Positions 45,552 through 55,347 are shown, counted from the stretch's first letter. The stretch is 64,000 nucleotides of DNA from an uncultured Gemmatimonadaceae bacterium (GCA_964580055.1 CAZOJI010000011.1:34759-98758); one strand, 5' to 3'. The notes: a model not told the origin generated them from the sequence alone. A program made the numbers and translations.

Positions 45552-46064
45552 GTGCCTTTTCGCAGCATCCCACTACTCGTCTGTGCGTTACTAATCACTG
45601 TACTCGAGAGCACAGCGATTCGCGCGCAGCGCGAGCCAGTTCTGAAGCGCGAATCGCATATTGAGGTAGTCTCGGACCGATTGCCTGGAGGGATCGGGAT
45701 CGGTTGGCTGGTTGAACTCACCGCAGATTCCCTGACCTTCATCGACACTACCGCCGAAAGGACACTCGCCCTCGCAGACATTGGGCAGCTTCGTGTGAAC
45801 GTTGGCCGAGACCGGGCCGCAATGAATATCGCCACCATGGCTGGCGCCGTATTCGGCGCCTTCGTCGAAGACGTGATCAGTCCCGAGAGCCGCGAGTGTC
45901 GCTACGAGCTAGAAGGGTCCGACGAATGCGGCCACGAGGTCCCGCCGAAGTTGGTGGCGGCGCTTTTCGGTGCCGGCGGATTCAGGATGCTGGCCAGGTA
46001 TACTCTCGAGGACCGCTGGGTAAACGTGAACCTCCAGCGGTTGCTGGACGGGGGGACTGACTAG
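45552..46064 (+). CDS. Hypothetical secreted protein
   Basis: GTG 45552 gives a signal-like N-terminus PFRSIPLLVCALLITVLESTAIRAQ. The track start 45459 adds an Arg-rich extension. No known motif. Confidence 0.4.
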   Translation: MPFRSIPLLVCALLITVLESTAIRAQREPVLKRESHIEVVSDRLPGGIGIGWLVELTADSLTFIDTTAERTLALADIGQLRVNVGRDRAAMNIATMAGAVFGAFVEDVISPESRECRYELEGSDECGHEVPPKLVAALFGAGGFRMLARYTLEDRWVNVNLQRLLDGGTD

Positions 46065-46266
46065 GTTCTGCAAGGCGGTGTGTCGCAGGGTTCATTCGCT
46101 CCGCAGCACGTGCCCTCACCGGCATTCATGCGGCATTAACGGTACTCGCCAGAGCACGAATGAATGAGTTTTAGTGAGGGTTGAGATTGCGCGGTTTCGT
46201 TCCAGAGATCTTTGTGAAGGCATGACCGAGAACACCACATTCCGGGTCCGACGAAAGATGCGAGAA

Positions 46267-46293
46267 GGGCGGCAGGAGAGAGTCCAACCGCCC
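46267..46293 (-). terminator. Hairpin downstream of the oxidoreductase operon
   Basis: GGGCGG ... CCGCCC 6-bp stem with a 15-nt loop, followed on the minus strand by a moderately U-rich stretch. Confidence 0.25.
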
Positions 46294-46319
46294 TTACGCA
46301 ATCTCCAGCCAACGTGCTT

Positions 46320-47753
46320 CTAGTGCCCGTTACCCATCGCTTTCTCACAGGCTTCTATCCCTGCCTTGAAAGCCTTCATATTCAACTCGAGAAGAGCGGG
46401 TTTCGCCTTTACCGCATCCTGAATGGCGGCAGTGAAACTCTCCTCGGGGAAGATCTTGGTTGCTGCCTGAAGCGCACCCAGGGCTACCATGTTCTTGACC
46501 ATCTTATTCCCCAGGCCGTTGGCGATGGTGGTGTACGGTACGCCTATCATGGTGATGCTGTCGTCGAGTTCCGGCAGTTCGGCGATGACGGCATCGTCAT
46601 AGATGATTGTGCCGCCGTTCTGAACTGTCGGTCCGAACTTGAGCAGACTCTCCTGATTAAATACGACCAACACATGAGGCTCTGCGCACGCTGGCGACAA
46701 TACTTCGTCAGCGGCTATGTGCACGTCAGCGTATGATGTGCCTCCTCGGGATTCCGGACCATAGCAGGGTATGTTCGTGGAATCGAATCCTTCGTTTATG
46801 GCCGTGTGGGTGGTGAGAATAGCCACAGTCTGCGCCCCGTCACCACCCGAACCCGCGAACTTGACCCCTACGTCGTGTGCGTTTATATGCGATGGGAAGC
46901 TACCACCGAAGCGTTCTTTCGGCTCCGCTGCAACTCCGATCGCCGAAGCTATCTCCTCCGGCTCGTGAGAGGGCTCTCCCAGGTTGAACCATGGCTCCAC
47001 GTCGATATCCTTCTTCACACCGAGCGGGAAGATTGGCACCATGTTCTTCTTGACCCATTCCTGTGCTTCAATTGGCGTGACCTTCAGGTGCAGAGCGCAT
47101 TCGGAGAGAATCTCTACGAATCCGAGACCCTTGTTGTCCGCCTGCACCTTGAGAGCCTTGCGAATTGCCTTTTTTGCACGGACCCTCTGTTTGCTATCGA
47201 AGAGAGCTACGCGCTCCACGTAGACCGGTCCGTCGAGTTGCGCAACCGTCTCCGCTACCTTAAACGGTTCTCCAAGCAGCCGCGTCCGGCCCGTAGGTGT
47301 CGTCGCCGTGGGTTGCCCCGTCAATGTGGTCGGCGCCATCTGACCGCCCGTCATGCCGTAAATGGCGTTATTGACGAACACAAACGTCATCGGCAGTCCG
47401 GTCTGGGTGGCCTGCATCAACTCGGCGAGACCGATGGATGCGAGATCTCCATCTCCCTGATAGGATATCACTATGGAATCGGGGTTGGCCGTCTTGTGGC
47501 CGATGCCGACTGCCGGGGCCCTGCCGTGAGCCGCCTGCGTGTTTCCCACGTCCATGTACTGATACAGCATTACCGCACAGCCCACGGGAGAGATGGCGAT
47601 GGTTCGGTCCTGAAGCCCCAGCTCCGTAATTGATTCCGCCAGGTATTTGTGTATCAGACCGTGACCGCACCCCGGGCAGTAATGAGTGCTTTGTCCTTTC
47701 AGGCCTTCACCGCCGTCGCGCCGTTCGAATCTGCCATAGAATGCGTTACTCAC
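46320..47753 (-). CDS. 2-oxoacid:ferredoxin oxidoreductase, fused beta (TPP-binding) and gamma domains
   Basis: N-terminal CPGCGHG, YQGDGDLASIG and GMTGGQ (beta). C-terminal AGSGGDGAQT ... PESRGGTSYADV (gamma). Confidence 0.85.
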   Translation of the reverse strand: MSNAFYGRFERRDGGEGLKGQSTHYCPGCGHGLIHKYLAESITELGLQDRTIAISPVGCAVMLYQYMDVGNTQAAHGRAPAVGIGHKTANPDSIVISYQGDGDLASIGLAELMQATQTGLPMTFVFVNNAIYGMTGGQMAPTTLTGQPTATTPTGRTRLLGEPFKVAETVAQLDGPVYVERVALFDSKQRVRAKKAIRKALKVQADNKGLGFVEILSECALHLKVTPIEAQEWVKKNMVPIFPLGVKKDIDVEPWFNLGEPSHEPEEIASAIGVAAEPKERFGGSFPSHINAHDVGVKFAGSGGDGAQTVAILTTHTAINEGFDSTNIPCYGPESRGGTSYADVHIAADEVLSPACAEPHVLVVFNQESLLKFGPTVQNGGTIIYDDAVIAELPELDDSITMIGVPYTTIANGLGNKMVKNMVALGALQAATKIFPEESFTAAIQDAVKAKPALLELNMKAFKAGIEACEKAMGNGH

Positions 47754-49158
47754 TTGATCCCTCCGCTATAGCGGTCACTTTCTCCACGATTTCCTGCTGC
47801 TGTGGAAGAACCCCGCCGTAGTGTTGTACTCTCTCGATTGGGGGGGGGGCGTGTACGCCTGCATGACTCAAAGCGAGTCTCATTTCGTCCTCGAGTTGCC
47901 CGCTGCCTGCTTCCACGACGATCAATCCACGTACCCCGTCGAGAAGGGGAAGTAGGTGTTTGATTGGGAAGGGCCAGAGACTGATTGGACGGAACAAGCC
48001 GGCCTTGATTCCTTGATTCCGCAGTGCCTGGACTGCTCCTTTGGCCATCCTCGAAGGCGTATTGCATGCCACAACCATCCACTCCGCGCCGTCACCACAG
48101 AAGGCTTCGGCGCGTTGTTCGTTTTCGGTCATCCTATCGTACTTCTCGTTGAGCATGACGTTACGGTCTTGGAGGATCGCTTCCTGCAGGTAGAACGACG
48201 ATATGAGGTTGCCGCGATGCTCGGCGTCGCCGTTCACGGCCCATTCGGGAATGCCACGTTTGACCATCTCCTTTGGCAACGTGACTCGACTCGTCATTTG
48301 ACCGAGATATCCGTCACCCGCCAGTATCACGGGGTTCCTGTATTTGAAGGTCAGATCGAATGCCTCCATGGTCAGGTCGAGCATTTCCTGCGGGGTGGAG
48401 GGCGCCAGCACCAATGCATGCGTGTTTCCGTGCCCAAGCCCACGGCAGACCAGTTTGATGTCTCCCTGCTCGGGCGCGATATTGCCCAATCCGGGTCCGC
48501 CGCGCATCACGTTGATAAACACTCCCGGTACCTCGGCGCCTATCATGTACGATATGCCTTCCAACATGAGGCTGAATCCGGGTGACGAGGTGAAGGTCAT
48601 GCAGGCTACTCCGGCACCGCCACATCCGTACATCATGTTTACCGTGGCAGTTTCACTCACTGCTTGGAAGAAAACCCCCCGCACCTCCGGTAGCAGTCGG
48701 GCCATCAACTCGGCACCCTCCGTGGAGGGAGTGATCGGATAACCGAACACATGCCTGCAACCGGCGATGATCGCGCCCACTGCCGCGGCATGGTTGCCTT
48801 TCAGAACCATCGGCTCGAGATCCGGCATCGGGATGCGTGTGTCGGGAACCGCGACCGGTGCCGGCAATGGTGTTATCCGCGTTCCCGCCAGTTCCGCGGG
48901 ATTCTCGGGGGCTTCGGCATCGGGCTCCAAGGGCAGTAACGCGTACGGTTCCGGACAGGCGCTGAAGCAGAGCCCGCAGCCGTTGCAGGTCTCCAGGTCG
49001 ATTACCACCGGCGTGAAGCCGGTAGCAGGCTCTATCTCCGTTCCCTCGGCTATGCAGTTCTTCGGGCAACAATCGATGCAACGAGAGCATGCCTTGCAGA
49101 ATTGCCGATATAGGACCGGTTTGGCTCTGATCTTCTTCTTGGCATCCACAGTTGTCAT
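47746..49158 (-). CDS. 2-oxoacid:ferredoxin oxidoreductase, fused delta (2x[4Fe-4S] ferredoxin) and alpha domains
   Basis: CKACSRCIDCCP and CNGCGLCFSACP motifs come first. Alpha-subunit motifs GYPITPSTE and FTSSPGFSLM follow. Start moved to ATG 49158. The stop overlaps the next gene's start by 8 nt. Confidence 0.85.
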   Translation of the reverse strand: MTTVDAKKKIRAKPVLYRQFCKACSRCIDCCPKNCIAEGTEIEPATGFTPVVIDLETCNGCGLCFSACPEPYALLPLEPDAEAPENPAELAGTRITPLPAPVAVPDTRIPMPDLEPMVLKGNHAAAVGAIIAGCRHVFGYPITPSTEGAELMARLLPEVRGVFFQAVSETATVNMMYGCGGAGVACMTFTSSPGFSLMLEGISYMIGAEVPGVFINVMRGGPGLGNIAPEQGDIKLVCRGLGHGNTHALVLAPSTPQEMLDLTMEAFDLTFKYRNPVILAGDGYLGQMTSRVTLPKEMVKRGIPEWAVNGDAEHRGNLISSFYLQEAILQDRNVMLNEKYDRMTENEQRAEAFCGDGAEWMVVACNTPSRMAKGAVQALRNQGIKAGLFRPISLWPFPIKHLLPLLDGVRGLIVVEAGSGQLEDEMRLALSHAGVHAPPPIERVQHYGGVLPQQQEIVEKVTAIAEGSSE

Positions 49159-49450
49159 AGTGTCAGTTGTCCATTCTTCTTTATTGGTACGTGCTTCAAT
49201 TATGAGATCTCTGTTCGTCACGGCACACTCAAAGAATATAACTTGTGAATCACTCTGAGAACCTGTGCAACAACTGCTTTGTAAGCAACTTCGACATCGG
49301 TTCAGCCGCAATCGGCCGATCTGCTGACCGAAACAGTGCATCACTGACCTTAGACGGCCGGACTATGTATCTTTAGCGCTTACTTTCCGCGTTGAGCAGG
49401 TTGGAAGGCCTGTAACTGCGGCCTGGTCAGTCATTTCCGAGGAGACGCAA

Positions 49451-50497
49451 ATGGTAGGTATAGTTGGGTACGGAGCATTCGTTCCCCGGAACAGGATCAC
49501 TGCGGATTCAATTGCTCACCAATGGGGCAAGGATCCCGAGGGTATCAAGAATGGACTCCTTCTTCAAGAAAAGTCGGTTCCCGGTATCGACGAGGACACG
49601 GTAACCATCTCCGTGGCGGCGGCGAGGTCGGCCCTGGCTCGCGCGGGGATCGATCCCAGCCGCGTGGGAGCGCTCTATATAGGATCGGAGTCGCACCCTT
49701 ACGCCGTCAAGCCGAGTGGTACGATAGTCGTTGACGCACTGGGAATAGCACCGGAAGTGCACGTTGCCGATTTCGAGTTCGCATGTAAGGCCGGGACCGA
49801 ATCGATGTTCGTGGCTTTGAGCCTCGTTGACTCCGGTCGAGTTGAGTACGCAATCGGAATCGGTGCCGACACTTCGCAGGGGGCCCCGAACGACGCACTC
49901 GAGTTTTCCGCGTCAGCAGGAGGTGCCGCCTTTATCTTCGGCAAGGAAGACATCTTGGTGGAAGTGATCGACACGTACAGCTACACCACTGATACACCGG
50001 ACTTCTGGAGGCGAGAGGGTGAGTTTTATCCTCGTCACGGGGGAAGGTTTACCGGGGAACCTGCATACTTCAAGCATGTAAAAGGTGCGACGACGGCAAT
50101 ATTGGAGAGGACCGGGCACAAACCCGCAGATTTTCGCCACGCCGTTTTCCACATGCCCAACGGAAAATTCGCACAGACCGTGGGCAAACAGTTGGGCTTC
50201 ACTAAGGAACAGATTGAGGTGGGTTGGGTGGTCCCCACTATGGGTAACACCTATTCCGGTTCTTCGCCGACGGGCCTTGCTGCCATTCTTGACATAGCCG
50301 AACCGGACGACCTGATCCTGATCACGTCCTTTGGCTCCGGCGCAGGCAGCGATTCGTTCATCCTCCGGGCAACGGACCTTTTGCCCGAGCGGGTTGGGCT
50401 GGCGCCTACGGTGCGCTCGATGCTGGACAATCCACGGCGTTACCTGGACTACGGCGAGTACGCCAAGTTTAGAGAAAAGATCATCCTGAACGATTGA
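49451..50497 (+). CDS. Archaeal-type hydroxymethylglutaryl-CoA synthase
   Basis: Very close to the archaeal HMGCS pattern: MVGIVGYGAFVPRNRI, GSESHPYAVKP, FEFACKAGT (catalytic Cys) and GADTSQGAPNDALEFSASAGGAAF. Confidence 0.85.
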   Translation: MVGIVGYGAFVPRNRITADSIAHQWGKDPEGIKNGLLLQEKSVPGIDEDTVTISVAAARSALARAGIDPSRVGALYIGSESHPYAVKPSGTIVVDALGIAPEVHVADFEFACKAGTESMFVALSLVDSGRVEYAIGIGADTSQGAPNDALEFSASAGGAAFIFGKEDILVEVIDTYSYTTDTPDFWRREGEFYPRHGGRFTGEPAYFKHVKGATTAILERTGHKPADFRHAVFHMPNGKFAQTVGKQLGFTKEQIEVGWVVPTMGNTYSGSSPTGLAAILDIAEPDDLILITSFGSGAGSDSFILRATDLLPERVGLAPTVRSMLDNPRRYLDYGEYAKFREKIILND

Positions 50498-50524
50498 TGA
50501 AGAGGCCCCAAGAGGAGGCAGAAT

Positions 50525-51673
50525 ATGCGTGAGGTGGCTATCGTTGCGGCGGGCATGACCCGCTTCGGCGAACTCTGGGATCTCAGTCTGCGAGATATCA
50601 TCGTCGAGGCGGCAGCGGAAGCCCTCGACGCTGCGAGAGTCGACAGGCTGGATTCCATCTATGTTGGCAATATGTCGGCTGGGCAGTTTGTGGTGCAGGA
50701 GCACATTGGGCCGTTAACGGCCGATTATCTCGGGATGGCGGGCGTTGCCGCAACCCGAATCGAATCTGCTTGTGCATCTGGCGGCGTCGCGCTCAGAACG
50801 GCCTTTATGGAGGTTGCCTGCGGCATGAGCGATCTGGTTCTCGCCATGGGAGTCGAGAAGATGAACGATGGCGCGGACGTAACCAATGTGCTCGCGACTG
50901 CCGCTGATCAGGAAACCGAAGTTTACCACGGCGTGACCTTTCCGGGCTTGTATGCGATGATAGCAACGGAGCGCATGGAACGGTTCGGTACGACTGAAGA
51001 GGATATGTCATGGGTTTCAGCCAAGAGTCACCGCCACGGGGCGATGAATCCCAAGGCACAGTTTGGTCGCGAAGTGTCCGTCGACCAGGTTATGACCTCG
51101 ACCATGGTTGCTGAACCGCTCCGGATGTTGCATTGCTCCCCCGTCACGGACGGTGCCGCCGCGGTTCTGGTATGTCCGCTCGATCAGGCTGAGAAGTACA
51201 CTGACAAGCCGGTCAAGATCATCGGAAGCGGCCTGGCGACCTCTTCCTTGGCGTTGGATGACCGCAAAGATATCGCGGTCCTCGATTCCGTTGAGCTGTC
51301 GGGGAAAAGAGCGTACGAGATGGCCGGCGTCACTCCTAAGGACATCCAGGTCGCGGAAGTCCACGACTGTTTTGCCATTGCAGAGATCTGTTGCATCGAA
51401 GCCTTGGGATTGGTAGAGAAGGAGGAGGCCAACAAGGCGGCCAGCTCGGGTGTTACCGCGCTGGGCGGCCGGATTCCGGTCAACACCAGTGGCGGCCTCA
51501 AATCGAAGGGCCACCCCGTGGGCGCCACCGGCGTTGCTCAGGCCATCGAGATCTTCGAGCAATTGAGAGGCGAAGCCGGTGACCGCCAGGTGAAGGACGC
51601 GCGAATCGGATTGACGCAGAACATGGGTGGATCAGGAGCGAGTTCAGTGGTCCACGTTTTCGAGGGGATTTGA
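50525..51673 (+). CDS. Archaeal-type acetyl-CoA acetyltransferase (thiolase)
   Basis: IESACASGG catalytic Cys region and C-terminal [17 protein letters not shown]. Confidence 0.85.
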   Translation: MREVAIVAAGMTRFGELWDLSLRDIIVEAAAEALDAARVDRLDSIYVGNMSAGQFVVQEHIGPLTADYLGMAGVAATRIESACASGGVALRTAFMEVACGMSDLVLAMGVEKMNDGADVTNVLATAADQETEVYHGVTFPGLYAMIATERMERFGTTEEDMSWVSAKSHRHGAMNPKAQFGREVSVDQVMTSTMVAEPLRMLHCSPVTDGAAAVLVCPLDQAEKYTDKPVKIIGSGLATSSLALDDRKDIAVLDSVELSGKRAYEMAGVTPKDIQVAEVHDCFAIAEICCIEALGLVEKEEANKAASSGVTALGGRIPVNTSGGLKSKGHPVGATGVAQAIEIFEQLRGEAGDRQVKDARIGLTQNMGGSGASSVVHVFEGI

Positions 51674-51675
51674 CC

Positions 51676-52068
51676 ATGCCGAGTCCTAGGTACTGGAGAG
51701 AAAAGCCGAGCCGGTTCCGGTTTGAGGCAGGCCGGTGCAAAGGCTGCGGCAAGGTAGTGTTTCCGAAGCGGAAAATATGCCCTGCTTGCCGAGGGCGGGA
51801 TTTCGAGGAACTCAACCTCGAACGAAAGGGCAAAGTTGTCACCAAGACCGTCATTCATGTGCCTCCCGACGAATTCATGATGGAGGCTCCTTACGTGATG
51901 GCTGTGATCGAGTCTCCGGAGGGTGCGCGCTATACTGCGCAAATTGCCGATTGCGATCCGTCAGAGGTTCGCCCGGGGATGGAGGTCGACCTCGAGTTCC
52001 GGTTGATCAGAAAAGAAGGCCATTCCGGGATTCTCTGCTACGGCCACAAAGGAGTGCCGGTCGGTTAG
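51676..52068 (+). CDS. DUF35 OB-fold/zinc-ribbon protein (scaffold of the thiolase/HMGCS complex)
   Basis: CKGCGKVVFPKRKICPACRG zinc ribbon followed by an OB-fold-like C-terminus. Starts within a few nt of the thiolase stop. Confidence 0.8.
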   Translation: MPSPRYWREKPSRFRFEAGRCKGCGKVVFPKRKICPACRGRDFEELNLERKGKVVTKTVIHVPPDEFMMEAPYVMAVIESPEGARYTAQIADCDPSEVRPGMEVDLEFRLIRKEGHSGILCYGHKGVPVG

Positions 52069-52119
52069 CAGGCGGTCGACGCCCGCAACGAGGGCGGCAA
52101 ACAAAATTCGGCGTACGGT

Positions 52120-52737
52120 ATGAGGCCCTCACACGATGAAGCGGCAATAGGGCTGCCGCCACCGGTTCACGATGGATCGGTGGCGGTGGAAGCGGCGATC
52201 TCCCGTCGCAGGTCGGTTCGTAGATTCTCGCCAGACGCGCTCGAACTGGCCGAACTGTCCCAGTTGTTGTGGGCCGCACAAGGGGTAACTCATTTCGAGG
52301 GGTATCGCGCCGCACCTTCTGCCGGCGCAATTTACCCTTTAGAGGTGTACGTGCTCGTTGGAAGGGTCGGTGATCTCGCTGACGGAGCGTACCGATATGT
52401 TCCCCGCGCTCATCAACTGAACGAGGTTTTGCTCGGCGACGGCTGGCCCCTGCTGTGGTCGACCGTTCTAGCGAACCGTCAGGTCAAGGAATCTGCAGCA
52501 GTTCTGGCGATCACGTCGAGCTTGGACCGCCTGGAGGCCAAGTACGGGGAGAGAGCGGAGCGATACGCACTCGTCGAAGTCGGCCACGTAGTGCAGAATG
52601 TGTATCTGCAGGCTGTGGCCATGGATCTCGCAACCGTAGTCGTGGGATCGTTCAATGATGCAGATGTGAGTTCCATCTTTGGATGTTCCGGCACCGAACG
52701 ACCCATAGTGATGATGCCGGTGGGCAGACCGCTGTGA
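52120..52737 (+). CDS. SagB-type dehydrogenase / nitroreductase family protein
   Basis: Has the SRRRSVRRFS motif and APSAGAIYPLEVYV, typical of the SagB/ThcOx nitroreductase subgroup. Confidence 0.7.
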   Translation: MRPSHDEAAIGLPPPVHDGSVAVEAAISRRRSVRRFSPDALELAELSQLLWAAQGVTHFEGYRAAPSAGAIYPLEVYVLVGRVGDLADGAYRYVPRAHQLNEVLLGDGWPLLWSTVLANRQVKESAAVLAITSSLDRLEAKYGERAERYALVEVGHVVQNVYLQAVAMDLATVVVGSFNDADVSSIFGCSGTERPIVMMPVGRPL

Positions 52738-52789
52738 CTGTGTGAGTCCGGCGGGAGTAGCGTCTTCTGAGGAGGCTGAGAAGTTGGCG

Positions 52790-54010
52790 ATGAGCAAAGG
52801 TCGAATTGGAATATTGACTGGCGGAGGGGATGTCCCAGGCCTCAATCCCGCCATACGCGCGGTGACTGTGAGGGCGCGCAGGGAAGGCTACGACGTGCTC
52901 GGCATCCGCCGCGGCTGGGGTGGTCTGGTGGACATGGTGCCCGATCGCGGAGCTGACAACAGCGACCATGTGCAGGTGTTGAACGAGGCAGTGGTGAATA
53001 GGGCGGGCAGATATGGAGGAACTTTCCTTCACACTTCACGCACGCGCCCAAGTCACCTCCCTCGCACCGCCGTACCGCTGCATCTGGCGGACACGTATAC
53101 CGACGACACCAATGACGTCACTCAGCAGATACTCGAGAACCTGGAGTTCCTCGGAATCGACATTCTGATTCCAATAGGAGGCGACGACACGCTCAGCTAC
53201 GCTGAACGACTGCACGAGAAAGGTGTGAAGGTCGTCGCCATTCCCAAGACGATGGACAATGACGTGCCCGGAACCGATTACTGCATCGGTTTCAGCACAT
53301 GCGTCACTCGGATCATGCACCTCGCCCATTCATTGCGCACAACTGCAGCATCGCACGAGCGTATTCTCGTTATCGAGGTGTTTGGCCGGTATGCGGGGTT
53401 CACGGCACTGCTTCCGACGATGGCCGGCGCGGCCGACAGGTGCGTGATCCCGGAACACCCCTTCGATATTGAGAAACTCACTGAGTTGCTGTGCCAAGAC
53501 CGTTCTGAGCACCCGAATAAATATGCGGTTGTGCTGGTGTCTGAAGGTGCAACGATGGTGGATGAGGAGATGATTTTCGAGGGTGAGGAGGTGGACCAAT
53601 ACGGCCATCGCAAGTTGGGCGGTATTGGGGACCGCGTTGTGGCCATGCTCAAGGAACTGTCACCGAAGTACAACCAAGGTCGGCAGATCCACATGGTGAA
53701 TCAACGGCTCGGATACCTGGTCAGGGGTGGCGATCCAGACGCACTCGACTCGATCGTGCCTACCGCATTCGGAACGCTGGCAGTCGATTTGGCGCTTGCA
53801 GGTGAATCGGGATTGCTCGTATGCGTTCGAAACGGCGTGTATGACCAGGTACCCATCGATGTAGTAACTAGCACAAAGAAAGTGGTTGAACTAGAGCGGT
53901 ACTATGATGTTGATCGTTTGCGACCCAAATACGAGGCATTGGGTGGCCAACCGCTCCTGATCATGACGAGCGAGTCATGTTCAGCACTGACAACAGAGGG
54001 AGCACCGTAG
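52790..54010 (+). CDS. pfk: 6-phosphofructokinase, predicted PPi-dependent type
   Basis: Has GILTGGGDVPGLN, IGGDDT (Asp rather than Gly) and PKTMDND (Lys) signature residues. ATG 52790 follows GAGGAGG. Confidence 0.8.
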   Translation: MSKGRIGILTGGGDVPGLNPAIRAVTVRARREGYDVLGIRRGWGGLVDMVPDRGADNSDHVQVLNEAVVNRAGRYGGTFLHTSRTRPSHLPRTAVPLHLADTYTDDTNDVTQQILENLEFLGIDILIPIGGDDTLSYAERLHEKGVKVVAIPKTMDNDVPGTDYCIGFSTCVTRIMHLAHSLRTTAASHERILVIEVFGRYAGFTALLPTMAGAADRCVIPEHPFDIEKLTELLCQDRSEHPNKYAVVLVSEGATMVDEEMIFEGEEVDQYGHRKLGGIGDRVVAMLKELSPKYNQGRQIHMVNQRLGYLVRGGDPDALDSIVPTAFGTLAVDLALAGESGLLVCVRNGVYDQVPIDVVTSTKKVVELERYYDVDRLRPKYEALGGQPLLIMTSESCSALTTEGAP

Positions 54011-54011
54011 C

Positions 54012-55325
54012 ATGAAACAACGCGTTCTCATTCTCGGCGCAGCAGGGCGCGACTTCCACAATTTCAACGTCTATTTCCGAGACAAATCTGATTACGAAGT
54101 TGTTGCATTCACAGCCACACAGATCCCCAATATCGACGATCGGCGGTATCCTGCGGAGCTGGCAGGCGACCTGTATCCAAAGGGCATTCCGATCGAATCT
54201 GAAGGTGAATTGACTCGCTTGATCGGAGATCTCGATGTCGACGTCGCCGTCTTCAGCTACAGCGACGTTCCACACGAAACCGTAATGAATCTAGGCTCGC
54301 AGGTGTCAGCGGCAGGTGCAGATTTTCTCTTGCTTGGGGCATCCCGCACCATGGTGAAGTCGACCGTACCGGTCGTTGCAGTGTGCGCGGTGAGAACGGG
54401 TTGCGGTAAGAGCCAAACCAGCCGCCGGGTGGCTGCTGTGTTGCGTTCCATGGGAAAGAAAGTCGTGCTTATCCGTCATCCTATGCCGTACGGAGATCTC
54501 GTCAAGCAGGCCGTGCAGCGTTTCGAGAAATACGAGGACCTCGAGAAACACGACGTCACGATCGAGGAACGAGAAGAGTACGAGCCGCATATCGCGGCAG
54601 GCTGCGTAGTCTACGCAGGTGTCGATTACGAGAGAATACTCCGCGAAGCCGAGAAGGAAGCGGACGTTGTTATCTGGGACGGCGGCAACAACGATACATC
54701 CTTCTACGCGCCGGACCTTCTGGTGACGGTTGTCGATCCGCACCGGCCCGATCATGCGGTGCGCTATCACCCCGGTGAGACCAACGTTCGGATGGCGGAT
54801 GTTCTGGTGCTCAACAAGATCGACACGGCTGACCTCGAGAACATCGAAACCGCTCGCAGAATCGCTCGGGAATTGAATCCCGATGCAACCTTCGTCGAAG
54901 CGGCCAGCCCGCTCTTCGTTGAAGATGGGGCTCAGATTCAAGGCAGGCGAGTGCTCGTCATCGAGGACGGCCCTACGCTGACACACGGTGAGATGGCGTA
55001 CGGCGCAGGTTGGGTGGCGGCGCGGAAGTACGGTGCCGCCGAGATCATCGATCCCCGGCCGTATGCAGTTGGGTCGATCAAAGACACGTTCCAGAAGTAT
55101 CCTACCACCGGCGCGGTGCTGCCTGCGATGGGCTACGGTGAAGAGCAGACCAAGGAACTCGCGGACACGATTGCCAACACGCCGGCGGACCTCGTGCTGA
55201 TAGGTACTCCAATCGATCTGCGGAGACTCATCGACATCAAACAACCGGCACTACGCGTGCGTTATGAGCTGCAAGAGATTGGTGAGCCAACGTTGGAGAC
55301 CATCTTGAATGAGAAGTTCGGATAG
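54012..55325 (+). CDS. COG2403-like P-loop protein (databases call this family predicted GTPase or cyclic 2,3-diphosphoglycerate synthetase-like)
   Basis: Has ILGAAGRDFHNFNVYFRD, AVCAVRTGCGKSQT (P-loop) and IRHPMPYGDL. Starts 1 nt after the pfk stop. Confidence 0.65.
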   Translation: MKQRVLILGAAGRDFHNFNVYFRDKSDYEVVAFTATQIPNIDDRRYPAELAGDLYPKGIPIESEGELTRLIGDLDVDVAVFSYSDVPHETVMNLGSQVSAAGADFLLLGASRTMVKSTVPVVAVCAVRTGCGKSQTSRRVAAVLRSMGKKVVLIRHPMPYGDLVKQAVQRFEKYEDLEKHDVTIEEREEYEPHIAAGCVVYAGVDYERILREAEKEADVVIWDGGNNDTSFYAPDLLVTVVDPHRPDHAVRYHPGETNVRMADVLVLNKIDTADLENIETARRIARELNPDATFVEAASPLFVEDGAQIQGRRVLVIEDGPTLTHGEMAYGAGWVAARKYGAAEIIDPRPYAVGSIKDTFQKYPTTGAVLPAMGYGEEQTKELADTIANTPADLVLIGTPIDLRRLIDIKQPALRVRYELQEIGEPTLETILNEKFG

Positions 55326-55347
55326 AGAACTTCCAACATCCAGTATC

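Noticed and set aside
46065-46319. Possible tRNA or small RNA gene in the 255-bp gap downstream of the OFOR operon, and in other gaps (41866-42024, 49159-49450, 62146-62313).
   Set aside because: I could find no T-loop (GGTTCGAATCC-like) or cloverleaf-compatible segments. Only a short GC hairpin (46267-46293) is present.
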